Shown piece after piece: positions 38,834 through 46,338 of a stretch of 64,000 nt of DNA (positions within the stretch are counted from its first letter, which is position 1; each line of letters begins with the position of its first letter). A program made the translations under genes and the position numbers. The notes beneath the pieces are model-generated. The model did no database searches and was not told where the DNA came from. It was given only the letters and a program-made list of their open reading frames with translations. This stretch comes from an uncultured Sphingobacteriaceae bacterium (lineage in GTDB: Bacteria; Bacteroidota; Bacteroidia; Sphingobacteriales; Sphingobacteriaceae): contig CAXULQ010000005.1 of NCBI GenBank assembly GCA_964251965.1, positions 82,358 to 146,357 of the forward strand, given 5' to 3'.

Positions 38834-39889
38834 TCAATCCCTATCGCGACTAAACTTGCTAAATTTTAGCGGATTTTCTGATAATTCTGCCAATTCTGCG
38901 CGGTTTTTTACCACATGAATCGCCGTAAACATTGCCTCCCGGAAAGAAGTTGGCGAGGCCATATTTTTACCGGCAATGCCATATCCAGTTCCATGATCGG
39001 GTGAAGTGCGCACTATATTTAAACCAGCCGTAAAGTTTACACCCAGATCAAAAACGGTATTTTTAAAAGGGATCAAACCCTGATCGTGGTACATCGCCAG
39101 CACGGCATCAAAGTTTTTATAGGTTCCGTTTCCAAAAAAACCATCAGCAGGAAAAGGGCCGGAAGCTAAAATCCCTTCTGCATTCGCGTGTTCTACAGCC
39201 GGAATAATGGTTAATTGTTCTTCAATTCCAATCAAACCATTGTCGCCAGCATGCGGATTCAAACCTAAAACTGCAATCCTCGGTTTCCTGATCCAAAAAT
39301 CCTGCTTTAAACTCTGGTTCATCAAATTCAGTTTTGATAGGATGTTGGCTACCGTAATTTTCTCGCTGATTTGCGAAACCGGGATATGGCCGGTAACCAC
39401 GCCAACGCGCATTTCATCGCTCACCAAAAACATCAGCGAATCTTTTGCGCCGCAGCGTTCCTGCAAATATTCTGTATGGCCGGGGAAGTTAAAATGTTCG
39501 CTTTGGATGTTGTGTTTATTAATAGGAGCCGTAACCAAAGCATTAATTTTACCTTCAATCAGATCATTTGTGGCGCGTTCCAGCGAAATAAAAGCATATT
39601 TTCCGCCGGTTTCGTTGGCTTCGCCGAAATTGATTTTCACATCTTCTTCCCAGCAATTAATCAGGTTTGCTTTTTTGGGATTTGCCTGATCAGGTTCTGC
39701 AATTACATTAAAACTAAACTCGTTTAAACCCAGATTTTTGCGGTTATACGATGCAATTTTGGTATTGCCGTAAACAATCGGCGTGCAGTAATTCAGCATT
39801 AACGGATCAGCTAAAGTTTTGATAATTACTTCCATGCCAATGCCGTTTACATCGCCAATGCTGATTCCAACTTTTATTTTTTCACTCAT
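38834..39889 (-). CDS. pdxA: 4-hydroxythreonine-4-phosphate dehydrogenase
   Basis: 351 aa with GDVNGIG, PGHTEYL and SPDHGT motifs. Confidence 0.9.
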   Translation of the reverse strand: MSEKIKVGISIGDVNGIGMEVIIKTLADPLMLNYCTPIVYGNTKIASYNRKNLGLNEFSFNVIAEPDQANPKKANLINCWEEDVKINFGEANETGGKYAFISLERATNDLIEGKINALVTAPINKHNIQSEHFNFPGHTEYLQERCGAKDSLMFLVSDEMRVGVVTGHIPVSQISEKITVANILSKLNLMNQSLKQDFWIRKPRIAVLGLNPHAGDNGLIGIEEQLTIIPAVEHANAEGILASGPFPADGFFGNGTYKNFDAVLAMYHDQGLIPFKNTVFDLGVNFTAGLNIVRTSPDHGTGYGIAGKNMASPTSFREAMFTAIHVVKNRAELAELSENPLKFSKFSRDRD

Positions 39890-39982
39890 TTGAGTTCGAT
39901 TAATCTATACAAATAAAACATCTCCGCTTAAAAACCGGATAAAGCACAAATATGACGTATTTTGTATCAACTGAAAGAGCAA

Positions 39983-40753
39983 ATGCAATTAGTAAAAGCC
40001 AAAAAACATTTAGGCCAGCATTTTTTAACTGATAAAAACATTGCTGCCAAAATTGTAAACAGTTTAAATTCGAAAGGAAAAGTGCTGGAAGTTGGTCCAG
40101 GAATGGGCATTTTATCCGATTTTTTATTGGAAAAACCCGAACTGGATGTTCATTTAATTGATATTGATACCGAATCTTACCAGTTTTTACAGAAAAAATA
40201 TCCGCAATTAGGTCAAAAATTAATCAATGCAGATTTTTTGGAGATGGATTTTGATGCTGTTTTTACCGGTACTTTTTCCATCATCGGCAACTTCCCTTAC
40301 AATATTTCTTCGCAGATTTTATTTAAAGTGCTGGATAATCGCCATAAAGTTCCGGAAGTAGTTGGAATGTTCCAGAAAGAAGTTGCCGAACGCTGCGCCG
40401 CCAAACCCGGAAGCAAAACTTACGGTATTTTAAGCGTTTTTTTGCAGGCTTATTACAAAGTAGAATATTTATTCACGGTGAAAGCAGGCGTTTTTAATCC
40501 GCCGCCAAAAGTGCTTTCGGGCGTGATGCGCCTCAGCAGAAATGAAATTAAGGAATTGGGCTGTGATGAAAAACTGTTCTGGCAGGTTGTAAAAGCAGGT
40601 TTCAATCAGCGAAGAAAAACGCTGCGGAATGCACTTTCTTCGCTCATCAATAAAGAAAAAATGACGGAAGAACCGATGCTGGATTTGCGCGCGGAAAGAT
40701 TGAGTGTTGAGGACTTTGTGCGGTTGACGAATATGATTGAGGAGAATAAGTGA
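39983..40753 (+). CDS. rsmA: 16S rRNA (adenine1518/1519-N6)-dimethyltransferase
   Basis: LGQHFL, VLEVGPGMG, GNFPYNISS. I place the start at ATG 39983 rather than TTG 39962. Confidence 0.9.
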   Translation: MQLVKAKKHLGQHFLTDKNIAAKIVNSLNSKGKVLEVGPGMGILSDFLLEKPELDVHLIDIDTESYQFLQKKYPQLGQKLINADFLEMDFDAVFTGTFSIIGNFPYNISSQILFKVLDNRHKVPEVVGMFQKEVAERCAAKPGSKTYGILSVFLQAYYKVEYLFTVKAGVFNPPPKVLSGVMRLSRNEIKELGCDEKLFWQVVKAGFNQRRKTLRNALSSLINKEKMTEEPMLDLRAERLSVEDFVRLTNMIEENK

Positions 40754-40769
40754 TTCATATTAATCACTT
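40748..40769. terminator. short hairpin shared by convergent rsmA and the orphan ORF
   Basis: aagtgatt-catatt-aatcactt, an 8-bp stem covering both stop codons. Confidence 0.35.
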
Positions 40770-41095
40770 ATAAAATTAAGCCATTCTTGTAACAATTCTT
40801 TAAGATCTTGCATTGGGATTATCAGGTTCCCATTTATTATAACGTTGGGATAGCTTAATTCAACAGTTTCAGACTCTATGTTATCAGAAGAAAAAAACTG
40901 CTCATAATATTTACCGCTTATTGCATTATTTATATTGTTGATTAGGCTTTCTGTTTCACTGATATTAAGCCGACAAATTATTGTTAAATGGCTGTGCTGG
41001 TTTATATTATCTTTCCTACATAAATAACCATTATTACCATCTGAGGTAATTGTTTGATAAAAGGTTATACCATATTGCTCTCTTTTTGACATCAT
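40760..41095 (-). CDS. hypothetical protein, AT-rich orphan
   Basis: Clean 111-aa ORF with no signal peptide or motif I recognise. Visibly lower GC than its neighbours. Confidence 0.45.
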   Translation of the reverse strand: MMSKREQYGITFYQTITSDGNNGYLCRKDNINQHSHLTIICRLNISETESLINNINNAISGKYYEQFFSSDNIESETVELSYPNVIINGNLIIPMQDLKELLQEWLNFISD

Positions 41096-41198
41096 ATACT
41101 TTTACAGAATTTGTAATACGAAACCCTTAAATTAAAGATGTAAAGATTCATCTGCTATATTAAGAAAACCTCCTCAGACTTCGTTTTAAATTATCCAG

Positions 41199-41206
41199 TA
41201 TCTTTG
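41199..41206 (+). promoter_or_regulatory. candidate -7 box (TATCTTTG)
   Basis: Exact TAnnTTTG 17 nt upstream of GTG 41224. Confidence 0.3.
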
Positions 41207-41223
41207 CCTAAAATCAAAGTACT

Positions 41224-42174
41224 GTGTCCATTACAACTCCAGATAAAAAAATATTAATAGTTGATGATTTCCACCCAGCCTTCGCCCAAGCTGCCGAAAA
41301 ATTAGGTTATACCTGCACCATCGATGCTTCTTTTACCCGGGAAAAAACGTTAAGCGTAATTGCAGATTACGAAGGTTTGGCGATTAGAACCAAGTTTCAG
41401 GTTGATAAAGAAATGATCGATGCCGCGCCAAAACTCCAATTCATCGCGCGCGCCGGTGCCGGAATGGATAACATCGATGAAATTTATGCCGATAAAAGAA
41501 GCATCGCCTGCATCAACGCACCCGAAGGAAACAGCGATGCCGTTGGCGAACATGCCGTTGGTTTGCTGCTTTCGCTGATGAATAATTTTAGAAAGGCAGA
41601 TATCGAAATCCGCAACGGCAAATGGGACCGCGAAGGTAACCGCGGCTACGAACTAAAAGGTAAAACGGTTGGCATTGTGGGTTACGGGCACATGGGCAAA
41701 AGCTTCGCCCAAAAACTAAGCAGTTTTGGCGTGGAAGTGATTGCTTACGATAAATATAAAACAGGTTTTTCCGATAAGTTTGCACGCGAAGTAAGCATGG
41801 AAGAAATTGTACGATTAAGTAACGTAGTCAGTTTTCATATTCCGCTCACGCCGGAAACGAAAGGAATGGTTGATGATGAATACTTGTTCCATTTCCGCAA
41901 ACCGATATTTCTGTTGAATACAGCTCGCGGAGAAATCGCCAAAGTGCAGGCAATTTTAAACGGGATCAAAAGCGGCAAAATTTTGGGTGCAGGTTTGGAT
42001 GTGTTGGAGACAGAAAAGTTTCCGGCATTAGGCGGACAAAGCTGGTTTGAGGAACTGAAAAACAATGGCCGCGTACAACTTACGCCGCATATTGCCGGCT
42101 GGACGTTTGATTCGTACCGGAAAATAAGCGAAGTATTGGCCGAAAAACTGAAAAATTTGGAGTTTAAGGTTTAA
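41224..42174 (+). CDS. D-isomer-specific 2-hydroxyacid dehydrogenase (phosphoglycerate dehydrogenase-like)
   Basis: NAD-binding GIVGYGHMG, and catalytic-region motifs NTARG and TPHIAG. Confidence 0.8.
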   Translation: MSITTPDKKILIVDDFHPAFAQAAEKLGYTCTIDASFTREKTLSVIADYEGLAIRTKFQVDKEMIDAAPKLQFIARAGAGMDNIDEIYADKRSIACINAPEGNSDAVGEHAVGLLLSLMNNFRKADIEIRNGKWDREGNRGYELKGKTVGIVGYGHMGKSFAQKLSSFGVEVIAYDKYKTGFSDKFAREVSMEEIVRLSNVVSFHIPLTPETKGMVDDEYLFHFRKPIFLLNTARGEIAKVQAILNGIKSGKILGAGLDVLETEKFPALGGQSWFEELKNNGRVQLTPHIAGWTFDSYRKISEVLAEKLKNLEFKV

Positions 42175-42192
42175 AATTTTTATCTTCGTTCT

Positions 42193-42242
42193 AACAAAAA
42201 CAAGACTATGCAGGCAGGCCGGTGTAGTCTTGTTTGTTTTTT
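42193..42242 (+). terminator. rho-independent terminator
   Basis: acaagacta-N16-tagtcttgt stem extended by A/T runs, followed by TTTTTT. Confidence 0.65.
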
Positions 42243-42315
42243 AAAAACGTTGCATCCTTCTGTTTTGGGAGGATGTTTTTAGTTTATAACAACCAGAATT
42301 TAAAGAGATTAGACT

Positions 42316-42789
42316 ATGGCAGAAGTTGCTTACTATACAAAAGAAGGGTTAGAGAAATTGAAGGAAGAACTGCAATTTCTGAAAACGGAAGGCCGCGCAT
42401 CCATTGCCAAAGCCATTGCCGAAGCACGCGATAAAGGCGATCTGTCGGAAAATGCAGAATATGATGCGGCAAAAGAAGCACAGGGTTTGCACGAAGCCAA
42501 AATTTCTAAATTGGGCGAAGTTTTGGCCAGCGCGCGTTTGCTGGACGAATCGAAAATGGATATGACCAAAGTTTTGGCCTTATCTAAAGTCAAAATAAAA
42601 AACTTAAAAAACGGCGCGACGATGCAATACCAGCTGGTTTCCGAAACGGAAGCTGATTTTAAGGCTGGCAAAATTTCGGTTGCTTCGCCGATTGCCAAAG
42701 GTTTGCTGGGCAAAAAAGTAGGCGATAAAACAGAAATCACCGTTCCGGCCGGCAAAATTGAGTTTGAAATTATGGAGATTAGCAGGTGA
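42316..42789 (+). CDS. greA: transcription elongation factor GreA
   Basis: 157 aa with YYTKEGLEKLKEEL and DLSENAEYDAAKE motifs. Confidence 0.92.
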   Translation: MAEVAYYTKEGLEKLKEELQFLKTEGRASIAKAIAEARDKGDLSENAEYDAAKEAQGLHEAKISKLGEVLASARLLDESKMDMTKVLALSKVKIKNLKNGATMQYQLVSETEADFKAGKISVASPIAKGLLGKKVGDKTEITVPAGKIEFEIMEISR

Positions 42790-42794
42790 AATTT

Positions 42795-42917
42795 AGTTGT
42801 AAGTTGTGGGTTATAAGTTGTAAGTTGCCCTTATAGTTCGCATGGCAAGTTGCCCTTATAACTTAACACCCTTAACCGCTATCCAAAACTTACAACGTAT
42901 AACTTAAAACTTACAAC
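42795..42917. repeat. long composite hairpin with 7-nt periodic arms, ends at the HIT gene ATG
   Basis: The left arm is gttgtaa gttgtgg gttataa gttgtaa gttg. An internal direct repeat aagttgcccttata occurs twice. The right arm is aaaactt acaacgt ataactt aaaactt acaac then ATG. gttgtaagtt (42797-42806) is the perfect complement of aacttacaac (42908-42917). Confidence 0.65.
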
Positions 42918-43319
42918 ATGCCTACCATATTTTCAAAAATCGTTTCCGGTGAAATAGAAGCGTATAAAGTTGCAGAAAGCATTGATTTTCTGGCTTTTCT
43001 GGATGTCAGCCCGCTTGCTGCCGGCCACACGCTCGTAATCCCTAAAAAGGAAGTAGATTATTTATTTGCTTTGGATGATGAAACCTATAACGGCTTAATG
43101 ATCTTCACCAAAATTGTGGCCGAAGGCATTAAACGAGTAATCCCATGTATCAAAGTTGGTGTTGCGGTGATCGGATTGGAAGTTCCGCATGTGCATATTC
43201 ATTTAATCCCGATGAACGAGGTGAGCGATATGAATTTCTCCCGCCCAAAACTCAGTTTCAGCAAAGAAGAAATGGAAGCTACGGCGGAGAAAATTAAAGA
43301 AGCTTTGCGGGAAGATTGA
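42918..43319 (+). CDS. HIT-family nucleotide hydrolase
   Basis: Histidine triad HVHIHLIP, 133 aa. Confidence 0.9.
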   Translation: MPTIFSKIVSGEIEAYKVAESIDFLAFLDVSPLAAGHTLVIPKKEVDYLFALDDETYNGLMIFTKIVAEGIKRVIPCIKVGVAVIGLEVPHVHIHLIPMNEVSDMNFSRPKLSFSKEEMEATAEKIKEALRED

Positions 43320-43351
43320 GATTTATGTTGATTTGTTTAAATTTTTTAATT

Positions 43352-43464
43352 AAATGGGTTGAAACCCATTTCTACAACATGGGCCGAGCCTACGGCTCTA
43401 CGAAAGCTGTAGTTGCAGAAGTGTAACTTCGGTACATCTTGTAGCAACGGGTTTAAACCCGTTG
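43352..43464. repeat. 113-bp structured element with 30-bp imperfect terminal inverted repeats (MITE/REP-like or small RNA)
   Basis: aaatgggttgaaacccatttctacaacatg (43352-43381) matches the reverse complement of 43435-43464 (caacgggtttaaacccgttgctacaagatg) in 24 of 30 positions. Each end is itself a hairpin, and two more short hairpins lie inside. Confidence 0.55.
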
Positions 43465-43499
43465 ATTATAGCGACGTAAAATAAGACATTGGGAGAAAT

Positions 43500-43547
43500 A
43501 AAAAAAGTGCTGTAAAAAAAGCATACTTCTTTTACAGCACTTTTTTT
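43500..43547. terminator. perfect bidirectional terminator carrying back-to-back motif halves
   Basis: aaaaaagtgctgtaaaa / ttttacagcactttttt is a 17-bp perfect stem flanked by A-run and T-run. The loop region reads gtaaaaaaagcat+atacttcttttac. Overlaps the last 5 codons of ruvC. Confidence 0.85.
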
Positions 43548-44146
43548 GGTATCGCGGCTGATGCAACCCGTTTTACATTATCCTTCACAAAAGATTCCCA
43601 GCCGGTATAACTCTTTTTAGCACCGCTTTTTGTGCTGATCTTTTGGAAAGAATGGCAAACCGCAACCGCCAAACCATCGGTTGCATCCAAAAAATCGGGC
43701 GTTTCCTCAAATTTTAACAAATTCTGTAGCATGGCGGCAACCTGTTCTTTGCTGGCGTTGCCGTTGCCGGTGATGGATTGCTTGATTTTCCGGGGAGAAT
43801 ATTCTGTAATTTCTACATTTCTGGAAAGTGCCGCCGCCATCGCAACGCCTTGTGCGCGTCCCAGTTTCAGCATCACCTGAATGTTTTTGCCGTAAAAAGG
43901 TGCTTCAATCGCTAAACAATCCGGGTGATAATTATCAATCAAGGCAACCGTCTTTTCAAAAATGCGTTGCAGTTTCAGCATGTGGTCGTCCAGGTGGTCC
44001 ATCTTCACTACGCCCAAACTCAGCAGTTCCAGCTTTTGTCCGTTCTCTTTCACCAAACCGTAACCCATTACTTTCGTCCCGGGGTCGATCCCCAAAATCA
44101 CCCTTTCCTTGGATTTTTCCACCTGCATAGAACAAGTATAGCCCAA
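43532..44146 (-). CDS. ruvC: crossover junction endodeoxyribonuclease RuvC
   Basis: ILGIDPGT and ATDGLAVAVCH motifs. The start may be ATG 44128 instead of 44146. Confidence 0.9.
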   Translation of the reverse strand: MGYTCSMQVEKSKERVILGIDPGTKVMGYGLVKENGQKLELLSLGVVKMDHLDDHMLKLQRIFEKTVALIDNYHPDCLAIEAPFYGKNIQVMLKLGRAQGVAMAAALSRNVEITEYSPRKIKQSITGNGNASKEQVAAMLQNLLKFEETPDFLDATDGLAVAVCHSFQKISTKSGAKKSYTGWESFVKDNVKRVASAAIPKKVL

Positions 44147-44173
44147 ATCCGTAACATTGCAAAAATTTTCGTC

Positions 44174-45145
44174 TTGGCCCGCATTGCCCGTAAAACGCTC
44201 ACCTACCTGTTAAAAATTGGTATTTTATTGCTTACCATCTGGTTTGTTTACCGGCACGTTAACCATAATAAAAACCTGGGGCAATTTGTAAACCGCATCC
44301 AAAAAATCGGGGAAACGCAGGTTTATACGGCTTTAATTTCAGTTACGGTTTTGATGTTTTTAAATTGGGTTTTAGAAGCCGTTAAATGGAAATACCTAAC
44401 CAAGCTGCTCGAAAAAATGAGTTTATGGAAAGCTATCGAAGCTGTTTTTTGCGGGTTAACCATGGCCATCATCACCCCAAACCGCGTCGGCGAGTATGGC
44501 GGCCGCATTTTATACCTTCCCCCGCGAAAACGTATCCACGGTATTTTTGCCATGGCTGTTGGCTCTTTTGGGCAGAATACGGTTACCAATGTGGTTGGCA
44601 CGTTGTCGTTGCTGTACTTTATTTACACTTATCAGCAGCTTAACTTTTGGCTTTCTTTTGGGGCAACTTTGCTCGGTGCTGTTTTTATCACTGTTTTTTT
44701 GCTGTTTTATTTCCGCATCCGCTGGCTGGTTTTTTTGCTGGATAAAGTTCGCTTCCTTCAAAAATACCACCGCTTTTTTAGTATTATGGCGAAGTACAGT
44801 TTTCCGCAGCTTTGTTCGGTTATGCTATTGAGTTTGGCGCGGTTTGCTGTTTTTTCTTCTCAATATTATATTTTGATCCATATTTTATTGCCCGATTTAA
44901 AGCTGGTTCCGGTGATGATGATGGTTTTTAACCTGTTTTTTATCCAATCCGCCATTCCATCTCTGGATTTGCTGGACATTGGCGTACGCAACTTTATCGC
45001 CAATTATCTGTTCGGTTTTATCACCACACAATCGGTTGCCATTATGGCTTGTGTTTCGTGCATTTGGTTAATTAATTTGATTATTCCTGCGGTGATTGGA
45101 TCAGTTTTCGTACTCAAACTTAATTTCTTTGGCAACAATACTTAG
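44174..45145 (+). CDS. UPF0104 / lysylphosphatidylglycerol-synthase-TM-region-like (flippase-like) membrane protein
   Basis: About 8 hydrophobic helices. The track ORF begins at 43925 inside antisense ruvC. I place the start at in-frame TTG 44174 (LARIARKTLTYLLKIG); the start is uncertain. Confidence 0.55.
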   Translation: MARIARKTLTYLLKIGILLLTIWFVYRHVNHNKNLGQFVNRIQKIGETQVYTALISVTVLMFLNWVLEAVKWKYLTKLLEKMSLWKAIEAVFCGLTMAIITPNRVGEYGGRILYLPPRKRIHGIFAMAVGSFGQNTVTNVVGTLSLLYFIYTYQQLNFWLSFGATLLGAVFITVFLLFYFRIRWLVFLLDKVRFLQKYHRFFSIMAKYSFPQLCSVMLLSLARFAVFSSQYYILIHILLPDLKLVPVMMMVFNLFFIQSAIPSLDLLDIGVRNFIANYLFGFITTQSVAIMACVSCIWLINLIIPAVIGSVFVLKLNFFGNNT

Positions 45146-46262
45146 TTCGGCAGCAGTTTTATTTACCGTTTTATACGTCATGCTTTTTGTGTTTTTGATC
45201 AAAGGATGGCTCAGCATCAAACAAAGTTTTGGGGCGATAAAAACAGCATATCAAACCAAAGTAACCGTATTGATTGCGGCGCGGAACGAAGAAACCGGAA
45301 TCCACAAAACCATCGAAGATATTTTGGCGCAGCAATATCCGAAACATTTGCTGGAAGTGATAATTGCAGATGACCATTCGACCGACCGCACGGCCGAGAT
45401 TATTTTAAGTTATGCTGAACGTGGCATCAAATTGCTTCAATTAAAAGAGGAACGCGCTTTAAATTCCTACAAAAAGAAAGCCATAAGCGAAGCGATACGT
45501 TTATCCACCGGCGATTTAATGGTTGCCACCGATGCCGATTGCCGCATGGGCTCGCACTGGCTCGAAGCGGTGGTTGCCCGTTTTGAAGAAAGCGACGTAT
45601 TGATGTTATCCTCGCCGGTTGCTTTTTTTGAAGATAAAAACCTGTTCGAAAGTTTACAGGCACTGGAGTTTTCGGCTTTTATCGGTTTGGGCGCGGCAAC
45701 TATCGGAAACAAAAAAGCCTCCACCTGCAACGGCGCAAATTTAGCCTATAAAAAGAGTGTTTTTAACGAAGTTGGCGGTTTTAAAGGGATTGATGACCTG
45801 GCCTCCGGCGATGACGAACTGCTGCTGCAAAAAATAGCTGCAAAATATCCTGGCAGGATCGGTTTTTTAAAACAACGGGAAGCCATCGTTTACACGCACG
45901 CCAAGCCAACCTGGGAAGAATTTAAGCAGCAACGACGTCGCTGGGCATCTAAATCGGTGAAATATAAGGACAAATCTATCGTGGCATTGTCAGTTGGTTT
46001 CTGGCTCTTCAACCTCCTCGTTCTGGTTAATTTTGTGGCGGGTATTTTCGATCTATACTATTTGAAAATTGCTTTGTTACAACTGTTATTTAAAATAACT
46101 GCCGAAGGAATTTTCCTTTTGCTGGTTGCTGCATTTTTTAAACGGCGTAAATTGCTGTTTTTATTGCCTTTAGGTTCTTTACTACACATTTTTTATGTGG
46201 TTTATATCGGCGTAATCGGCAACAAAGGTGTTTATGAGTGGAAAGGCAGAAAAGTACACTAA
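45096..46262 (+). CDS. family-2 glycosyltransferase with flanking TM helices
   Basis: KVTVLIAARNEE, IIADDHSTD, TDADC and QRRRW motifs. Start uncertain (TTG 45096 overlaps the previous gene by 50 nt; ATG 45180 is the alternative). Confidence 0.8.
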   Translation: MDQFSYSNLISLATILSSAAVLFTVLYVMLFVFLIKGWLSIKQSFGAIKTAYQTKVTVLIAARNEETGIHKTIEDILAQQYPKHLLEVIIADDHSTDRTAEIILSYAERGIKLLQLKEERALNSYKKKAISEAIRLSTGDLMVATDADCRMGSHWLEAVVARFEESDVLMLSSPVAFFEDKNLFESLQALEFSAFIGLGAATIGNKKASTCNGANLAYKKSVFNEVGGFKGIDDLASGDDELLLQKIAAKYPGRIGFLKQREAIVYTHAKPTWEEFKQQRRRWASKSVKYKDKSIVALSVGFWLFNLLVLVNFVAGIFDLYYLKIALLQLLFKITAEGIFLLLVAAFFKRRKLLFLLPLGSLLHIFYVVYIGVIGNKGVYEWKGRKVH

Positions 46263-46338
46263 AGTTTTTCTAAATAAATAACCATTTTTGAAGCACCAAA
46301 GTCTATATTAGCCTTAAAAATTTCCATTTGATTGAACT

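Noticed and set aside
42795-42917. Could the periodic repeats at 42795, 52545 and 29419 be small CRISPR arrays?
   Set aside because: The units are only 7 nt, degenerate and contiguous, with no spacers. The arms are mutually complementary and no cas genes are present.
43352-43464. tRNA-like gene, or a named Pedobacter-type repair-associated RNA motif next to ruvC
   Set aside because: There is no cloverleaf or anticodon arm. I cannot recall the Rfam consensus well enough to assert a match, and the element lies at the 3-prime rather than the 5-prime side of ruvC. It is kept only as an unclassified structured repeat.
43925-44173. N-terminal 83 codons of track ORF 43925-45145
   Set aside because: This part is antisense to ruvC and non-membrane in character. 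The hydrophobic UPF0104-type protein only begins after the ruvC start, so I moved the start to TTG 44174 (uncertain).
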